A stretch of 64,000 nucleotides of DNA from Pseudobdellovibrionaceae bacterium (GCA_039810425.1 JBDHWW010000004.1:1-64000), one strand, 5' to 3'; shown: positions 29,597-39,861, numbered from the stretch's first letter. Program-made: numbers and translations. The notes: generated by a model not told the origin, from the sequence alone.

Positions 29597-29597
29597 C

Positions 29598-30152
29598 CTA
29601 CACGCGATTTCGCATCGAGAACTTCTGAATCGCAAAATCCAAGAACAGGATCACGAGGCATGGCATCCAGAGGTAGAAAAACTCATTCTTCATGATGAAG
29701 AGTCCTTGCTCCATAAAACGCTCAAGACTGAGCGGCGACACCTCGAGTGGCCGCCATGGAAAGAAATAGCGGTTGCAGTTTGCTGGCCAGAAGACGGCCA
29801 CTCCAAGTCCGCCATTGGTGAGCGCATCGATCAGGCCATGTGAAGAGATGCCTAAGAAAAATCCCCAAAAGCAATCTTTGTTCAGGCGATAGCCGTCGGT
29901 ACGCACGAGGGCTTTATAGACCAACAACAGAACGCTGGCGGCGATCAGGGCAATGGCGATGGAGTGAAAAGCTCCACGATGTCCGTAGCAATCGTTGTAA
30001 GGGATGCCATAGGCTTTCATTCCTAAGATATCGAGATCCGGCAGCATCGGCGCGAGAAACGCCATGATCCAATAGACCGGACTTACGGGCTTACGCACGC
30101 AAATGCGCGCCAAAGTGTAACCGACTATCCCGTGAGTCATAATCGTAGCCAT
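29598..30152 (-). CDS. YbcI/YdjM-family membrane metal-dependent hydrolase
   Basis: TH, LPDLD, GHRGAFHS, SHGLIDALT motifs. Confidence 0.88.
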   Translation of the reverse strand: MATIMTHGIVGYTLARICVRKPVSPVYWIMAFLAPMLPDLDILGMKAYGIPYNDCYGHRGAFHSIAIALIAASVLLLVYKALVRTDGYRLNKDCFWGFFLGISSHGLIDALTNGGLGVAVFWPANCNRYFFPWRPLEVSPLSLERFMEQGLFIMKNEFFYLWMPCLVILFLDFAIQKFSMRNRV

Positions 30153-30153
30153 A

Positions 30154-30564
30154 TTAGAACCCGCGTCCCCAGCCAGAGAAATCGATGATGATGCGGCCTT
30201 CGTTTGTCGTAATCAGCAAGCGGCCCGTAGTGAAACCCTCGTTCCAAGGTTGAAAGCGAACGTGAATGGTACAGGTGCTCGCCGGCGGCAAGGTCGCAGG
30301 GCAATTGTAGACGGCATTGAAATCAATGCCACTGATGCCAATGCGCTTGATGAGCAAGGGGGCTGGGCCATGATTGGTCAACTTGAAATCAGCGTAGATA
30401 GGGAAGTTGCGAGTCGTGGAGCCGAAATTATAGCGGTAATACTGGTCCCCAGCCGGCTGAAAAGCTTCGGAGGTTACTGCGATTTCGATCGGCGATTGGA
30501 TGTCCGATGCAAACGCCGAAAGGGAGAAAAGCAAAGCGGTCGCCAGCGAAAGAACGAGTTTCAT
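30154..30564 (-). CDS. Secreted Ig-like (ASH/choice-of-anchor D-like) domain protein
   Basis: Signal peptide; NFG...LTNHG..PL.I...CPATLPPASTC.I.V.F.P. Confidence 0.75.
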   Translation of the reverse strand: MKLVLSLATALLFSLSAFASDIQSPIEIAVTSEAFQPAGDQYYRYNFGSTTRNFPIYADFKLTNHGPAPLLIKRIGISGIDFNAVYNCPATLPPASTCTIHVRFQPWNEGFTTGRLLITTNEGRIIIDFSGWGRGF

Positions 30565-30697
30565 GGTGGCCTCCATATAAAAGAGTTACATTTAACTAAA
30601 TTGCATCCTGAAAATTGGGCAATGACAAGGTTCTTATCTTCAATTCTTGCATTTTCGCATTCTACGAAGTACTCCCATGCCTTCAAAGAGGTGAAAA

Positions 30698-31210
30698 ATG
30701 GGTGATTTGGAATTTTATCTTTATAAAGTGCCGTCTGAAATCGGCGATTGGCTCGCGGTTTTTGAAAAGGATGAGTTGATTTACCTAGACAGCTACAACC
30801 AAGGTAGAAAGCAGATGGAAGCGTTTTTGGAAAAATTCCTGCATCAGCATTACCATTTCCACATCGGCAAATTTCAGCCTGCAAAATGGACGAAAGGAAA
30901 CTTCTGGACCAAAAAACATAAGATCAAACTTCAAGGGACAGAGTTCCAAATGAAGGTGTGGCTTGAACTCTTGAAGATCCCACGCGGAACTTGTGTGACC
31001 TACTCAGATATTGCAAAAAAGATCAAAAGACCCCGCGCCGTTCGCGCGGTCGGTACGGCCATCGGTCAAAATCCGGTGTGTGTGTGGATCCCTTGCCATC
31101 GTGTGATTGCCAAAAGTGGAAGCGCGTTTAAATATCGTGGTGGCAGCGAAACCAAAATCGGTCTTCTGCAAAAAGAAGGCGCTCTCGCTATTTCGAAATC
31201 TTCGAAGTAA
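30698..31210 (+). CDS. ogt: Methylated-DNA-protein-cysteine methyltransferase
   Basis: GTEFQ, RAVG, IPCHRV active site. Confidence 0.93.
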   Translation: MGDLEFYLYKVPSEIGDWLAVFEKDELIYLDSYNQGRKQMEAFLEKFLHQHYHFHIGKFQPAKWTKGNFWTKKHKIKLQGTEFQMKVWLELLKIPRGTCVTYSDIAKKIKRPRAVRAVGTAIGQNPVCVWIPCHRVIAKSGSAFKYRGGSETKIGLLQKEGALAISKSSK

Positions 31211-31326
31211 AAACGGGCCCCTTTAAGTGTTGATAAGGGAGAGCTGGCTCCGTCGGTCTTCCACCAACTGAGTGAATCTCGGCCGTGCCTCGAGGCAAAC
31301 TGACACCAAAACCGCAGAAATTATTC

Positions 31327-31342
31327 CGGCATAAGATTTGCT
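31327..31342 (+). promoter_or_regulatory. Sigma54 -24/-12 promoter
   Basis: CGGCAT-AAGAT-TTGCT. Confidence 0.7.
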
Positions 31343-31378
31343 TACCTCGCCTTTGACACCACCAAGGGGGGGAGCAAA

Positions 31379-32974
31379 ATGTACCAACTAAAAAAATATA
31401 TTGCCGTCTTGTCGATGGCAGCCATGAGCTTCAGTGTTTCTGTTCAGGCAGCAACACCATCTGAGAAGCTCACGACGACACTTATAAGAACAGCCGCTTC
31501 TGGCGTTCAAGCAACAGACTCACTCGTAAAGAATGTCTTTAGACAAGAGCAGATTCAGGTTCCTTACACGGTTCAAGAACCCTATACGGAAACTGAAACA
31601 TATTATGAAAACGTTCCTTATCAAGATACTGAAACCTACTACGAAAATGTTCCTTATCAAGATCAAGAAGCTTATACAGACTACGAACAATATACAGATT
31701 ACGAATATCGTTGTGAAGAGCGCAGCCGCGTTGAGCGCGTTTGCCACGATGTCGAAAGTTGCCATATCGCTCCGGGCACAGGCCCTGGCGGTGGACCGAA
31801 CCGTGTTTGCACGACACAACCTGTATGCGAGAACGTCACTCGCCGGTATCGAGAGTGCGACAACGTGCCTGTGACTAAAACACGTGCTGTGACCAAGTAC
31901 CGCACCGTGACTCGTTACCGTCAAGAACAGCGTACACGAACGGTGACTCGTTACCGCCAGGAACAGCGTACACGAACGGTGACGAAGTACCGTGACAAGC
32001 AAGTGTGTTGCAAAACTGAAACAAGAACCGTGTTTGATCACCAGTTTAAGATGCCAGTAGTTTTAAATTTCCCGGCAGAAACAGTTTTGGTCGGCAATGA
32101 GCAAGAAAGCTTCACGGTCTCCCTCTCAGGAACAGAAGCGGCTCCCGCGGTTCAGTTTGCCCCGAAAGCCACTTTGTTTGGCTACGCGATTGATCATCAG
32201 GAATTTCGCGGTGGCGCGATGGTCATTGATTTGAAGCGTGTGGCCCTTTATACGCAAGACCTGTTGGGTGTCGCGAGCATCAAAGGGCTTGGCCTTCGTT
32301 TGACGAAAGACGGCGCTGAAATCCGTTTCAATGATCAAGGTTTGCGTCCGCGTGTGGCGTCCGCCTACAGCTATCAAATTCATGAAGTCGGCGCTCAAGA
32401 TGTTTTGGCGCAAGGCTCATGGAGCGCCCAAGGTGCGCAAGTTATGATTCCCGTGCAAGTCGCTTTGATTGAGAACAAAACATATCAATTGGATATTCGG
32501 GTCGTTCGCCAAGGTTTGCCTTTGGCAGCCGATATCGATGTAGTGGTTTCTGCAACTCAAAAGTTGTCCTCGCTGAAGGATGCCGGCGTTTATACTAATA
32601 AAGCGATGGTGAATACCTTCGAGATCCGTGGCGAAAAAGAAATGGCTCGGTTGTTCTTCCGTGATCAGTCACCAGAGGACGAAGGCGTCAGCACGATCTA
32701 TAAGATCGAGATTCTGGCAGGTGACAAAACCAGCAAAAAGGTGCTCGCGGTAAAAGAAATCGCCCGAGAAAACATGATTGTGACGACGAAAGCTTTCTTC
32801 CGTATGTTGTTAGGTGCTGACTTGGGCGTTCCAGCTCAGGTGGTGAAAGATCAGCTCGACGCTGGTAAAACCGTGACGGCCCGGGTGACTGTGACTCGCC
32901 AGCATGTCGGCTTAAACGAAGGAAGTCCGGTTTCATTTGTTCTGAATCACACAGCGATACTCAAAAAAGAGTAG
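31379..32974 (+). CDS. Secreted repeat protein with long predicted beta-ribbon and C-terminal beta-rich domains
   Basis: Signal peptide; VPYQDTETYYEN and RTVTRYRQEQRT repeats; symmetric Cys spacing. Confidence 0.85.
   Translation: MYQLKKYIAVLSMAAMSFSVSVQAATPSEKLTTTLIRTAASGVQATDSLVKNVFRQEQIQVPYTVQEPYTETETYYENVPYQDTETYYENVPYQDQEAYTDYEQYTDYEYRCEERSRVERVCHDVESCHIAPGTGPGGGPNRVCTTQPVCENVTRRYRECDNVPVTKTRAVTKYRTVTRYRQEQRTRTVTRYRQEQRTRTVTKYRDKQVCCKTETRTVFDHQFKMPVVLNFPAETVLVGNEQESFTVSLSGTEAAPAVQFAPKATLFGYAIDHQEFRGGAMVIDLKRVALYTQDLLGVASIKGLGLRLTKDGAEIRFNDQGLRPRVASAYSYQIHEVGAQDVLAQGSWSAQGAQVMIPVQVALIENKTYQLDIRVVRQGLPLAADIDVVVSATQKLSSLKDAGVYTNKAMVNTFEIRGEKEMARLFFRDQSPEDEGVSTIYKIEILAGDKTSKKVLAVKEIARENMIVTTKAFFRMLLGADLGVPAQVVKDQLDAGKTVTARVTVTRQHVGLNEGSPVSFVLNHTAILKKE
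31588..31664 (+). repeat. 36-bp coding tandem repeat (acidic arm)
   Basis: ACTGAAACmTAyTAyGAAAAyGTTCCTTATCAAGAT x2. Confidence 0.85.
31907..31983 (+). repeat. 36-bp coding tandem repeat (basic arm)
   Basis: GTGACTCGTTACCGyCArGAACAGCGTACACGAACG x2. Confidence 0.85.
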
Positions 32975-33012
32975 TCGGCGGTTAAGTTCATAAGATGAAC
33001 TTCCTAAAAACC

Positions 33013-33828
33013 TCAGCGAAGAGACGCTGAGGTTTTTTTAATCCAGTCAAGGTAGTAGAACACGCTGGTATAGATCGCATCGTAGCGGCAGATGTCAAAG
33101 TCTTTGCGTTTTTTTGCTTCAGTGTTTGTCGAGTATACGGCGGAAGCTACGCCGAACAACACGTCATGATTGTCAATTTCAGAAAATGCGGGACCGCCCG
33201 AATCACCGTAACAGATTCCATGTCCATTCGTTTGATCCACTAAGAACTGCGTTTGGGTGGTTGAAATGCGATGGCCCCTCACGGTCTGCGTTGTATAGCG
33301 TAGAACGCCACTGCCACGGGGAATGTCGTCGCGAGCGGTGATCGCGCCATAGCCGGCGGCGAAAAAACGATCGCTCATGCGCCGCAGATCTCGCGACGTC
33401 GGTAAAGCCATCGGCGCAAACCCTTCAGGCGCTTCGCCTTCAAGGCGAATCACGCCGATGTCGTTACGATCCTCGTAAGCCACGGCATTGTAGCTGGAAT
33501 TTGCCTTCATCGAAGAGGCGGTGCGGGTGATGGTCTCAAAGGTGCGGGGACTCTTACTGAAATGAATCGTGTAAGTGTGTTCAGTGGCCTCATCGATACA
33601 GTGGGCGGCCGTCAGAACGATGTTCTTGGAAACCAGAGTACCAGTGCACCAGTATCCAATGCCCGCATTGTGAATGGCCACCACATGCTTGGCGAAGTCC
33701 TCGGGGCCGACAACCTGGCCCCCCACAATAGAACTTGAATTGGGAGCCCGTAGTTGAGCGTTGTGAGGCGCCCGGGGACCGCAACCAACACCGGCGAATA
33801 AGATAAAATAAATAAAATGTTTTTTCAT
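33013..33828 (-). CDS. S1 (trypsin-fold) serine protease, probable lipoprotein
   Basis: IVGG, TAAHC, NDIG, GDSGGP. Confidence 0.93.
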   Translation of the reverse strand: MKKHFIYFILFAGVGCGPRAPHNAQLRAPNSSSIVGGQVVGPEDFAKHVVAIHNAGIGYWCTGTLVSKNIVLTAAHCIDEATEHTYTIHFSKSPRTFETITRTASSMKANSSYNAVAYEDRNDIGVIRLEGEAPEGFAPMALPTSRDLRRMSDRFFAAGYGAITARDDIPRGSGVLRYTTQTVRGHRISTTQTQFLVDQTNGHGICYGDSGGPAFSEIDNHDVLFGVASAVYSTNTEAKKRKDFDICRYDAIYTSVFYYLDWIKKTSASLR

Positions 33829-34043
33829 GGAATCGAGTATCTATTCAGCCCGGTGATCAAGGACAAGTGACGTTGTTGTCATTGACGGAAATATCTACGG
33901 CAGCGGAACGGACCGTATAAACTGCTGGAAAAAAGGGCTGGCACACGGGATCAGTTTGCCTAATAGACGATGAGTTTTAGAAGAAGGTTCCCATGAAGGG
34001 GAGAAGCCCTCATTGAAGGGCTTCGAAATTTTCAATTCGTGGC

Positions 34044-35165
34044 TTAAGCCATTTTCAGATAGAGCTGCCATTGGCGCATGCCCATTTCGAATTCGAGGCG
34101 GGCGAGTTGCATTTCGATTTTGATTTGTGTGAGTTTGGCCTTTGAAGCGTCCTGGAATTCGCTCTTCATGCGCTCATAGTCTTCAGCGAGCTTTTTCATT
34201 CTTATTTGCGCGGTTAATATCTTTTCGCGCAGGTTTTCGAGTTGCTCTTCAGAGAAACCACGGCTCTTCATTTTCAAACCTTCAACTTGCAAGCGAGCTT
34301 TCAAGATTTCAGCATTTGAAATTTGGCGAAGTTTTGTTGCCAGGCCCATCCACTTCAATGTGAGGATCGTCCACTTGGTTGGATCCCAGTGATACCAGCG
34401 GATGCCGTTGCGGTAGTCGATCTGGAATTTGTGGTGGAAGTTATGGTAGCCCTCACCATGAGTGAGGAAGGCAACGAATAAGCTGTCACGGGCCGAAATT
34501 TCCTTAGAGTAAGTTTGTTTGCCCAAAGTGTGGCAAAGAGAGTTTACGAAGAATGTGCTTTGTTGGGTCAGGGCAATGCGCAAGCCACCAGCGATTGCAA
34601 GACCCGCCAGAGCGCTGCCGAGGAAGTAACCGATCACCGCTGGAAATAAAAAGCCTGTCGCAATCGCTATCCACACGTAGTACTTGTCTTGCAAGCGCAC
34701 CATCGTGTCGTTTTCAAGGTCCGGAGCTTGGATTGGCAAATTGACGCTCGTTTTGCGGAACATCCATCCCATGTGGGCGTACCAGAAGCCTTCTTGAATG
34801 TTGTAGGGATCATTTTCACTGTCGATTTTGGAGTGGTGACGGCGGTGATCCGAAGACCACTTCAGGCAAGAACCTTGGAAGCCCGAAGCTCCAATCAACA
34901 AAAACATCGCCTTCATGAAGGGGTGGGCATCGTAACTTTTGTGAGAGAAGAGGCGGTGATAGCCGGCCGTAATGCTAAGATTTGTAGCAGCTGCGAAAAC
35001 AAAGCCGAAAGCGATGATGCCCCAATTCACATGATCCGTCGTGAGGAAATAAACAATTGTCAAGATCATGGAAAAGAGAGGGTTCAAGACCAAGAACAGG
35101 GACACAGTGAGGTCGTACCGCGAAAGCCATCGCTTAAACCCTTGTCTCAGAGAATTTTTTTGCAT
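34044..35165 (-). CDS. Delta-9-type acyl-CoA/fatty acid desaturase
   Basis: His boxes HRLFSH, HRRHH, HNFHH; DPTKW. Confidence 0.93.
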   Translation of the reverse strand: MQKNSLRQGFKRWLSRYDLTVSLFLVLNPLFSMILTIVYFLTTDHVNWGIIAFGFVFAAATNLSITAGYHRLFSHKSYDAHPFMKAMFLLIGASGFQGSCLKWSSDHRRHHSKIDSENDPYNIQEGFWYAHMGWMFRKTSVNLPIQAPDLENDTMVRLQDKYYVWIAIATGFLFPAVIGYFLGSALAGLAIAGGLRIALTQQSTFFVNSLCHTLGKQTYSKEISARDSLFVAFLTHGEGYHNFHHKFQIDYRNGIRWYHWDPTKWTILTLKWMGLATKLRQISNAEILKARLQVEGLKMKSRGFSEEQLENLREKILTAQIRMKKLAEDYERMKSEFQDASKAKLTQIKIEMQLARLEFEMGMRQWQLYLKMA

Positions 35166-35258
35166 TAAGTTAATTCCTCCAACTGAATTTTATTGTGCCC
35201 GGAAAGAAGGGGTTTTTCCAATGGAAACACAATTTTGACAACCAAATGAATAAAAATG

Positions 35259-35297
35259 AAAAAAGGCCGCACCGGTTATAATGGGGTGCAGCCTTTT
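35259..35297 (-). terminator. Intrinsic terminator
   Basis: AAAAGGCTGCACC/GGTGCGGCCTTTTTT on the minus strand. Confidence 0.7.
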
Positions 35298-35328
35298 CCG
35301 TTTGTTTTCAATTTTGTTTCTCTTTGAA

Positions 35329-35943
35329 TTAGATGCCGAAGCCGAGCAGCACCTTTACATAAGACCCTGACATATTGATATCTTGATCGGCGAGGTTTCC
35401 GGTCTTGTCATGGGCCTCTTTCCAACGGAAGTCCTCATAACCGGCCTCCGCACCCACATGGAAGCCAATAAGCTTCACACCCGCCTCTAAGCCGATGCTG
35501 TAAGAAGAGATTTTTGTCGAGGATAAGTTCGCTGTTTCTACGGAGTTTGTAATCGCCTTGATTTCACCCGAATGAGAAAGGCCGTAACTCGCGATTGGTC
35601 CCAAGAATATGAGCGTATCAATCAAGCGATAGTTTAACAGCAGCGCCGTGCGCGTGTAGTTGGCCTTGAACTCAAGTCCGCTTTGGCTCGCATTGACCCC
35701 CATGTTTTCATAGCGGACCCCAAAGCCGACCGGGAAGAGAGGTGGGGAAATGATCACATCCGCACCTAGACCATAGGTTGGGGCGATGGCTGGCAAGCTG
35801 CTTTGACCCGGAAAGAGCGGACCCAAGTCAGGCTTTGAAGCCAGCAAGCCGTAAGTGAGACGCGCTTCAAACACCGCGTGCGCTGGCACGGAAAGCAAAG
35901 AGCCCGTCATAATTGTGAAGACAAAAAGAAGTAGACGTTTCAT
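35329..35943 (-). CDS. Small outer-membrane beta-barrel protein (putative)
   Basis: Signal peptide ending AHA; amphipathic strands; C-terminal VKVLLGFGI; AGGAGG RBS. Confidence 0.75.
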   Translation of the reverse strand: MKRLLLFVFTIMTGSLLSVPAHAVFEARLTYGLLASKPDLGPLFPGQSSLPAIAPTYGLGADVIISPPLFPVGFGVRYENMGVNASQSGLEFKANYTRTALLLNYRLIDTLIFLGPIASYGLSHSGEIKAITNSVETANLSSTKISSYSIGLEAGVKLIGFHVGAEAGYEDFRWKEAHDKTGNLADQDINMSGSYVKVLLGFGI

Positions 35944-36086
35944 ACGGATTATTCCTCCTGAGGAAATCAGAATTTCATTGTATCTCGGGGATTTCTGGAG
36001 GGTCCATTGTAAAATCCAAATCGGACCTTGGTCTCTGGACATGCGCTTCCCGTGTTTTTAAAAAATCTTTGTGATACCTTTGATTT

Positions 36087-37061
36087 ATGAAGTTAGCCCT
36101 CGTCCCGTTGGAAGAATGGGAAAGACTTAACGAGCAGTTAAAAAACCACTTTGACTTAGCGTCAGATCATTCCGCAAAAATCTACAGAGGAATGGCACAC
36201 GCTGTTTTTGAGATCGGTCAGGGAACCGCGCAATTCATGTCGCACAGACGCAGCCTCGGCGCGCTCAAAGGGCAGACCCCTTACTTCGAATCACTTCTTC
36301 CATATTTTTACAAAGAAGTTTACGGCGTTCAAACGGTGAACCATCAAGCGCTGACTGATCCGGAAGCGTGGGTGAACGGCTTAAAGAAAGACACGATTTT
36401 TGTTTTGCATGCCGAAGATCACCCCGTGACCGGCGAGCTTTACAATTACGACCGCCTCGATGAGCTTTTGAACGAGAAAAAAATCTTTTCTTTCCGTGCC
36501 TCGCACTTTCGTTACAATTACGAAAAATCTCCCCTCCGTCCATACTCTGTTCGTATTTGCTATTTGAATAGTGATCTTGCGGTGGCATTTTGCGGTGAGC
36601 GCTATAAAACCCCGCCACTCATTGCGCCGCAGATGAACTGGGAGCCATCACGGGTTCTCGAGACCGTTCGTAAGATTCATGTCAGTCCACAAGATCAAGC
36701 GCTCGTGGAAAACTTCGAGGAGTCTTTCGCTGATATTGCTTCGCCCTGGTTTGCACCGTCGGCTGCGCGCTTATATGATCGTGTTCTGTTGAAGTTTCCC
36801 GATGTGAATGGCGAAGCTCTTTTGCAGCGTCTTTTTGATCATCTGCAAGTGGACCCTTCGAAATACTACGAAACGTTGGACACCACGAACCTCTGCCGTT
36901 GGCTGCATTTTAAGACATTCACCAGTTGGTGGGAGCCAAAACCGTCTACGGAAGATCTGGCGTCCTTGTTGGTGATCGACTCCGGGTGGCTTGTTACAAA
37001 AGATTTTGCCAAGATCCTTAAAACGACCTATGAAGAGATCAAGGCTGAGCAGAGCTGGTAG
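36087..37061 (+). CDS. Hypothetical protein (possibly degenerate PLP-enzyme fold)
   Basis: 324-aa ORF; HAEDHPVTG weakly resembles the class V aminotransferase NNETG motif. Confidence 0.6.
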   Translation: MKLALVPLEEWERLNEQLKNHFDLASDHSAKIYRGMAHAVFEIGQGTAQFMSHRRSLGALKGQTPYFESLLPYFYKEVYGVQTVNHQALTDPEAWVNGLKKDTIFVLHAEDHPVTGELYNYDRLDELLNEKKIFSFRASHFRYNYEKSPLRPYSVRICYLNSDLAVAFCGERYKTPPLIAPQMNWEPSRVLETVRKIHVSPQDQALVENFEESFADIASPWFAPSAARLYDRVLLKFPDVNGEALLQRLFDHLQVDPSKYYETLDTTNLCRWLHFKTFTSWWEPKPSTEDLASLLVIDSGWLVTKDFAKILKTTYEEIKAEQSW

Positions 37062-37107
37062 TTTACCAACCCAAGATGTGCGGCCTCTGTTGTGTGGGGT
37101 CCCGTCC

Positions 37108-37716
37108 GTGGAAGTCAAAGAACGTTTCATCATTTTGCGAGCAATGAAGTATTCTGAAGCGGATCTCATTTTGCACGCGATCTCCCCGGTCGGGGAAAAA
37201 CTGTCATTTTTGGCCCGTGGAGCGCTGAAAAGTAAAAAGCGTTTCGGTGGCGGCGTGCTTGAGCCCTCACATTTCGTGCAGTTCACTTATAAGCAGGCCA
37301 GCGAAGGAAAAATCAACACATTGAATGAAGCGACCTTGCTGAATGATTTTAAAAAAATCCGCCAGGATTATGATCATCTCGAATTCGCATTGCACGTTCT
37401 AGAGTGCATCTCGCGCGTGAGCCAAGGAGGTGACAGGAACTCTGAAGCCCTCTTCAATCTTTTGGGAAATACCTTGAAAGCCGTTGAAAACACGCAGGAT
37501 GTGATGTTGCTAAAAATGCATTTCTATCTCAAGTTCATGATGCAGCAGGGGGTTCTGACGCCAGAGCCGTGGATGGCTCCGCTACTTCGCACCAACATCA
37601 TGGAAAACAATACGCTTGTGGGTGATAAGAATCTGAAGAAGGACCTTACTCTGCACATGTCTTCGATTGAATCAGCAACTCAGCAGTATTTAAAGACCGC
37701 GGAAAATCACTCATAA
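37108..37716 (+). CDS. recO: DNA repair protein RecO
   Basis: IILR...YSEADLI, ARGALKSKKRFGG.LEP; GTG start inferred. Confidence 0.88.
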   Translation: MEVKERFIILRAMKYSEADLILHAISPVGEKLSFLARGALKSKKRFGGGVLEPSHFVQFTYKQASEGKINTLNEATLLNDFKKIRQDYDHLEFALHVLECISRVSQGGDRNSEALFNLLGNTLKAVENTQDVMLLKMHFYLKFMMQQGVLTPEPWMAPLLRTNIMENNTLVGDKNLKKDLTLHMSSIESATQQYLKTAENHS

Positions 37717-38621
37717 ACTTTTTTACGCTTGCCCGGTGTGGCGCTTAGGGGATGATGGGTCTCGAGAGTGCACGCCAACTGATCGACCCCAAGGTGAGTG
37801 TACTTTTCCGTCGCTTGCAGGCTTTCGTGACCGAGGAGCTCTTGCAGAGTTCTTAGATTTGCGCCGCTACTAAGTAGGTGTGTCGCAAAGCTATGGCGAA
37901 GTGCATGGGGATGCAGCGGTTTCATCAACTGCGCTTTAGCTCCACGGCTACGGACCCACTCATAGGCGACGCGCGGACTGAGAGGGGCCCCGCCGAAGAT
38001 GTAGTCGCCTTCACCCTCTTTGCGGAGCTTTTGCAAAACTTCCATCGCCATACTTGGCAAAATCACGATGCGTTCTTTTCCGCCTTTGCCGTTCAAACGC
38101 AGGCTTCTCGTTGAGACGTGCACGTCTGACCAGCGGAGCCCGCAGGCTTCGCTCACCCGCAGGCCACCTCCATAGAGGACTAAAAACATCGCGCGGTCCT
38201 GCAGCTTGCGGAGAGTTTCCGCTTCGCGGTCATAAGAATGCAGAACCGCGAGGGCTTCATCGACGCTGAGGAAATGAGGCAGTTTTTTAGGAACTTTCGG
38301 GCAATGAAGTTGAGTTGAAAGATCGCGTTCTGTGAGCTGCTCCTGGTAGGCCCAACCAAAAAAGCTCTTTAAAGTAGCGGTCTTGCGGTTGCGGGAAGCC
38401 AAAGAAAGGCCGGCCCAGCGATTCAGGGCTTCGCGGGCAAGACCTAAAATCTCGATCTCGGAGGGGTTTGAGGACGATCTCCATTTGTCCTCGGAACCGA
38501 AGGCCTGCTCTAAGTCCTTGCGGTAGGCTTTCAGGGTGAGAGGGGATGAAGATTTTACAAAGTCCATATATTTCAAATATTTAGGTATGCATTTGAAGAG
38601 ATTTAAGTCGTTGGTGGCCAT
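37707..38621 (-). CDS. xerC: XerC/D-type tyrosine recombinase
   Basis: LRVSE, GKGGKER, HALRHSFATHLL, LLGH, TEKY. Confidence 0.85.
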   Translation of the reverse strand: MATNDLNLFKCIPKYLKYMDFVKSSSPLTLKAYRKDLEQAFGSEDKWRSSSNPSEIEILGLAREALNRWAGLSLASRNRKTATLKSFFGWAYQEQLTERDLSTQLHCPKVPKKLPHFLSVDEALAVLHSYDREAETLRKLQDRAMFLVLYGGGLRVSEACGLRWSDVHVSTRSLRLNGKGGKERIVILPSMAMEVLQKLRKEGEGDYIFGGAPLSPRVAYEWVRSRGAKAQLMKPLHPHALRHSFATHLLSSGANLRTLQELLGHESLQATEKYTHLGVDQLACTLETHHPLSATPGKRKKVYE

Positions 38622-38772
38622 GCCTAAAATCCATTCTTTTAGATTTTACGGGGTCCTAAAAAAAGTATAATGCCATGCAAAAAATCGCTTGCATAAATTA
38701 CAGTCCGCCAGTTATATTGCATCACGTTAGATGCGCTGTATCAAAATTAGAATATTCGAAAGGCGGCACGTA

Positions 38773-39840
38773 ATGGAGAACAACAACGGTTCATCGTCCT
38801 CAACTACTGTTTTACCTTCTTCCCAAAACACACAGCAAGTTCTTTGGAACAACTCAGTCCAAAAATCGAGCGAGAATAAGACGATTGTCTATCAATCAGA
38901 GATCATGGGTTCTTTGATGAAGATGATTGATCGCGTAGCCCCCTCTGCTGCGAATATCCTCGTTCTGGGTGAGTCTGGTACGGGTAAAGAGCTTATCGCT
39001 CGTCATATTCATGAAAAATCAAATCGTCGCAATAAGCCGTTTGTGGCTATCAATTGCGGCGCTCTTCGCGAGACTCTGCTTGAGAGCGAACTTTTCGGAC
39101 ACGAGAAAGGTTCATTCACAGGCGCGTATAACAAGAAAATCGGTTTGGCTGAAGTTGCTAACGGCGGGACCTTGTTCCTCGACGAAATTGGTGAATTGAG
39201 TCCAGGCATTCAAGCAAAACTCCTTCGCTTCATCCAAGAAGGTGAGTTGTATCGTGTGGGTGGCAAAGATCCAATCAAAGTAGACATCCGTTTGATCTCT
39301 GCGACGAACCGTGAGTTGGACGCCGAAGTTCAACGCGGCAACTTCCGTGAGGACTTGTTCTATCGCATCAACACGATCGTCGTAAATTCCCCGCCACTCC
39401 GCCGTCGTCGTGAAGATATCCCGGCGCTGGTGAACCACTTCCTGGGCAGCGCGACTCATTCTTACTTGAACCGTGGTCGTAACATTGCTGACGATGCTTT
39501 GAAGGTGCTTCAAAAATACGACTGGCCGGGTAATATCCGTGAATTGCAAAACGTTTGTGAGCGTTTGCAGATCCTCTCTGAAGGTCACACGATCATGATC
39601 AACGATCTTCCCGAGAACGTTCGTAATCCTGAGAAAGCGGACGACATCATTGATTACGATCCAAGCTTGACTCTTCATGAGCTCGAGAAGCGTTACATCT
39701 TGAAGGCGTTGGCTCACTTCGGTGGCAACAAAACTCAAGCTGCTAACAACTTGGGTATCACGATTAAGACTCTCTATAACAAACTCCATGAGTACGGAGA
39801 GTTCGAGAAGTTCGCAGTTCACTCTAAACCGGTGAAGTAA
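38773..39840 (+). CDS. Sigma54 enhancer-binding protein without sensory domain
   Basis: GESGTGKE, ESELFGHEKGSFTGA, FLDE, WPGNIREL, Fis-type HTH. Confidence 0.93.
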   Translation: MENNNGSSSSTTVLPSSQNTQQVLWNNSVQKSSENKTIVYQSEIMGSLMKMIDRVAPSAANILVLGESGTGKELIARHIHEKSNRRNKPFVAINCGALRETLLESELFGHEKGSFTGAYNKKIGLAEVANGGTLFLDEIGELSPGIQAKLLRFIQEGELYRVGGKDPIKVDIRLISATNRELDAEVQRGNFREDLFYRINTIVVNSPPLRRRREDIPALVNHFLGSATHSYLNRGRNIADDALKVLQKYDWPGNIRELQNVCERLQILSEGHTIMINDLPENVRNPEKADDIIDYDPSLTLHELEKRYILKALAHFGGNKTQAANNLGITIKTLYNKLHEYGEFEKFAVHSKPVK

Positions 39841-39861
39841 TTCTTCGTCGAGGTTTTCCGA

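Noticed and set aside
37707..38621. Tyrosine recombinase as the integrase of a mobile element
   Set aside because: Xer-type length and motifs, housekeeping neighbours, and no att repeats, tRNA or cargo genes.
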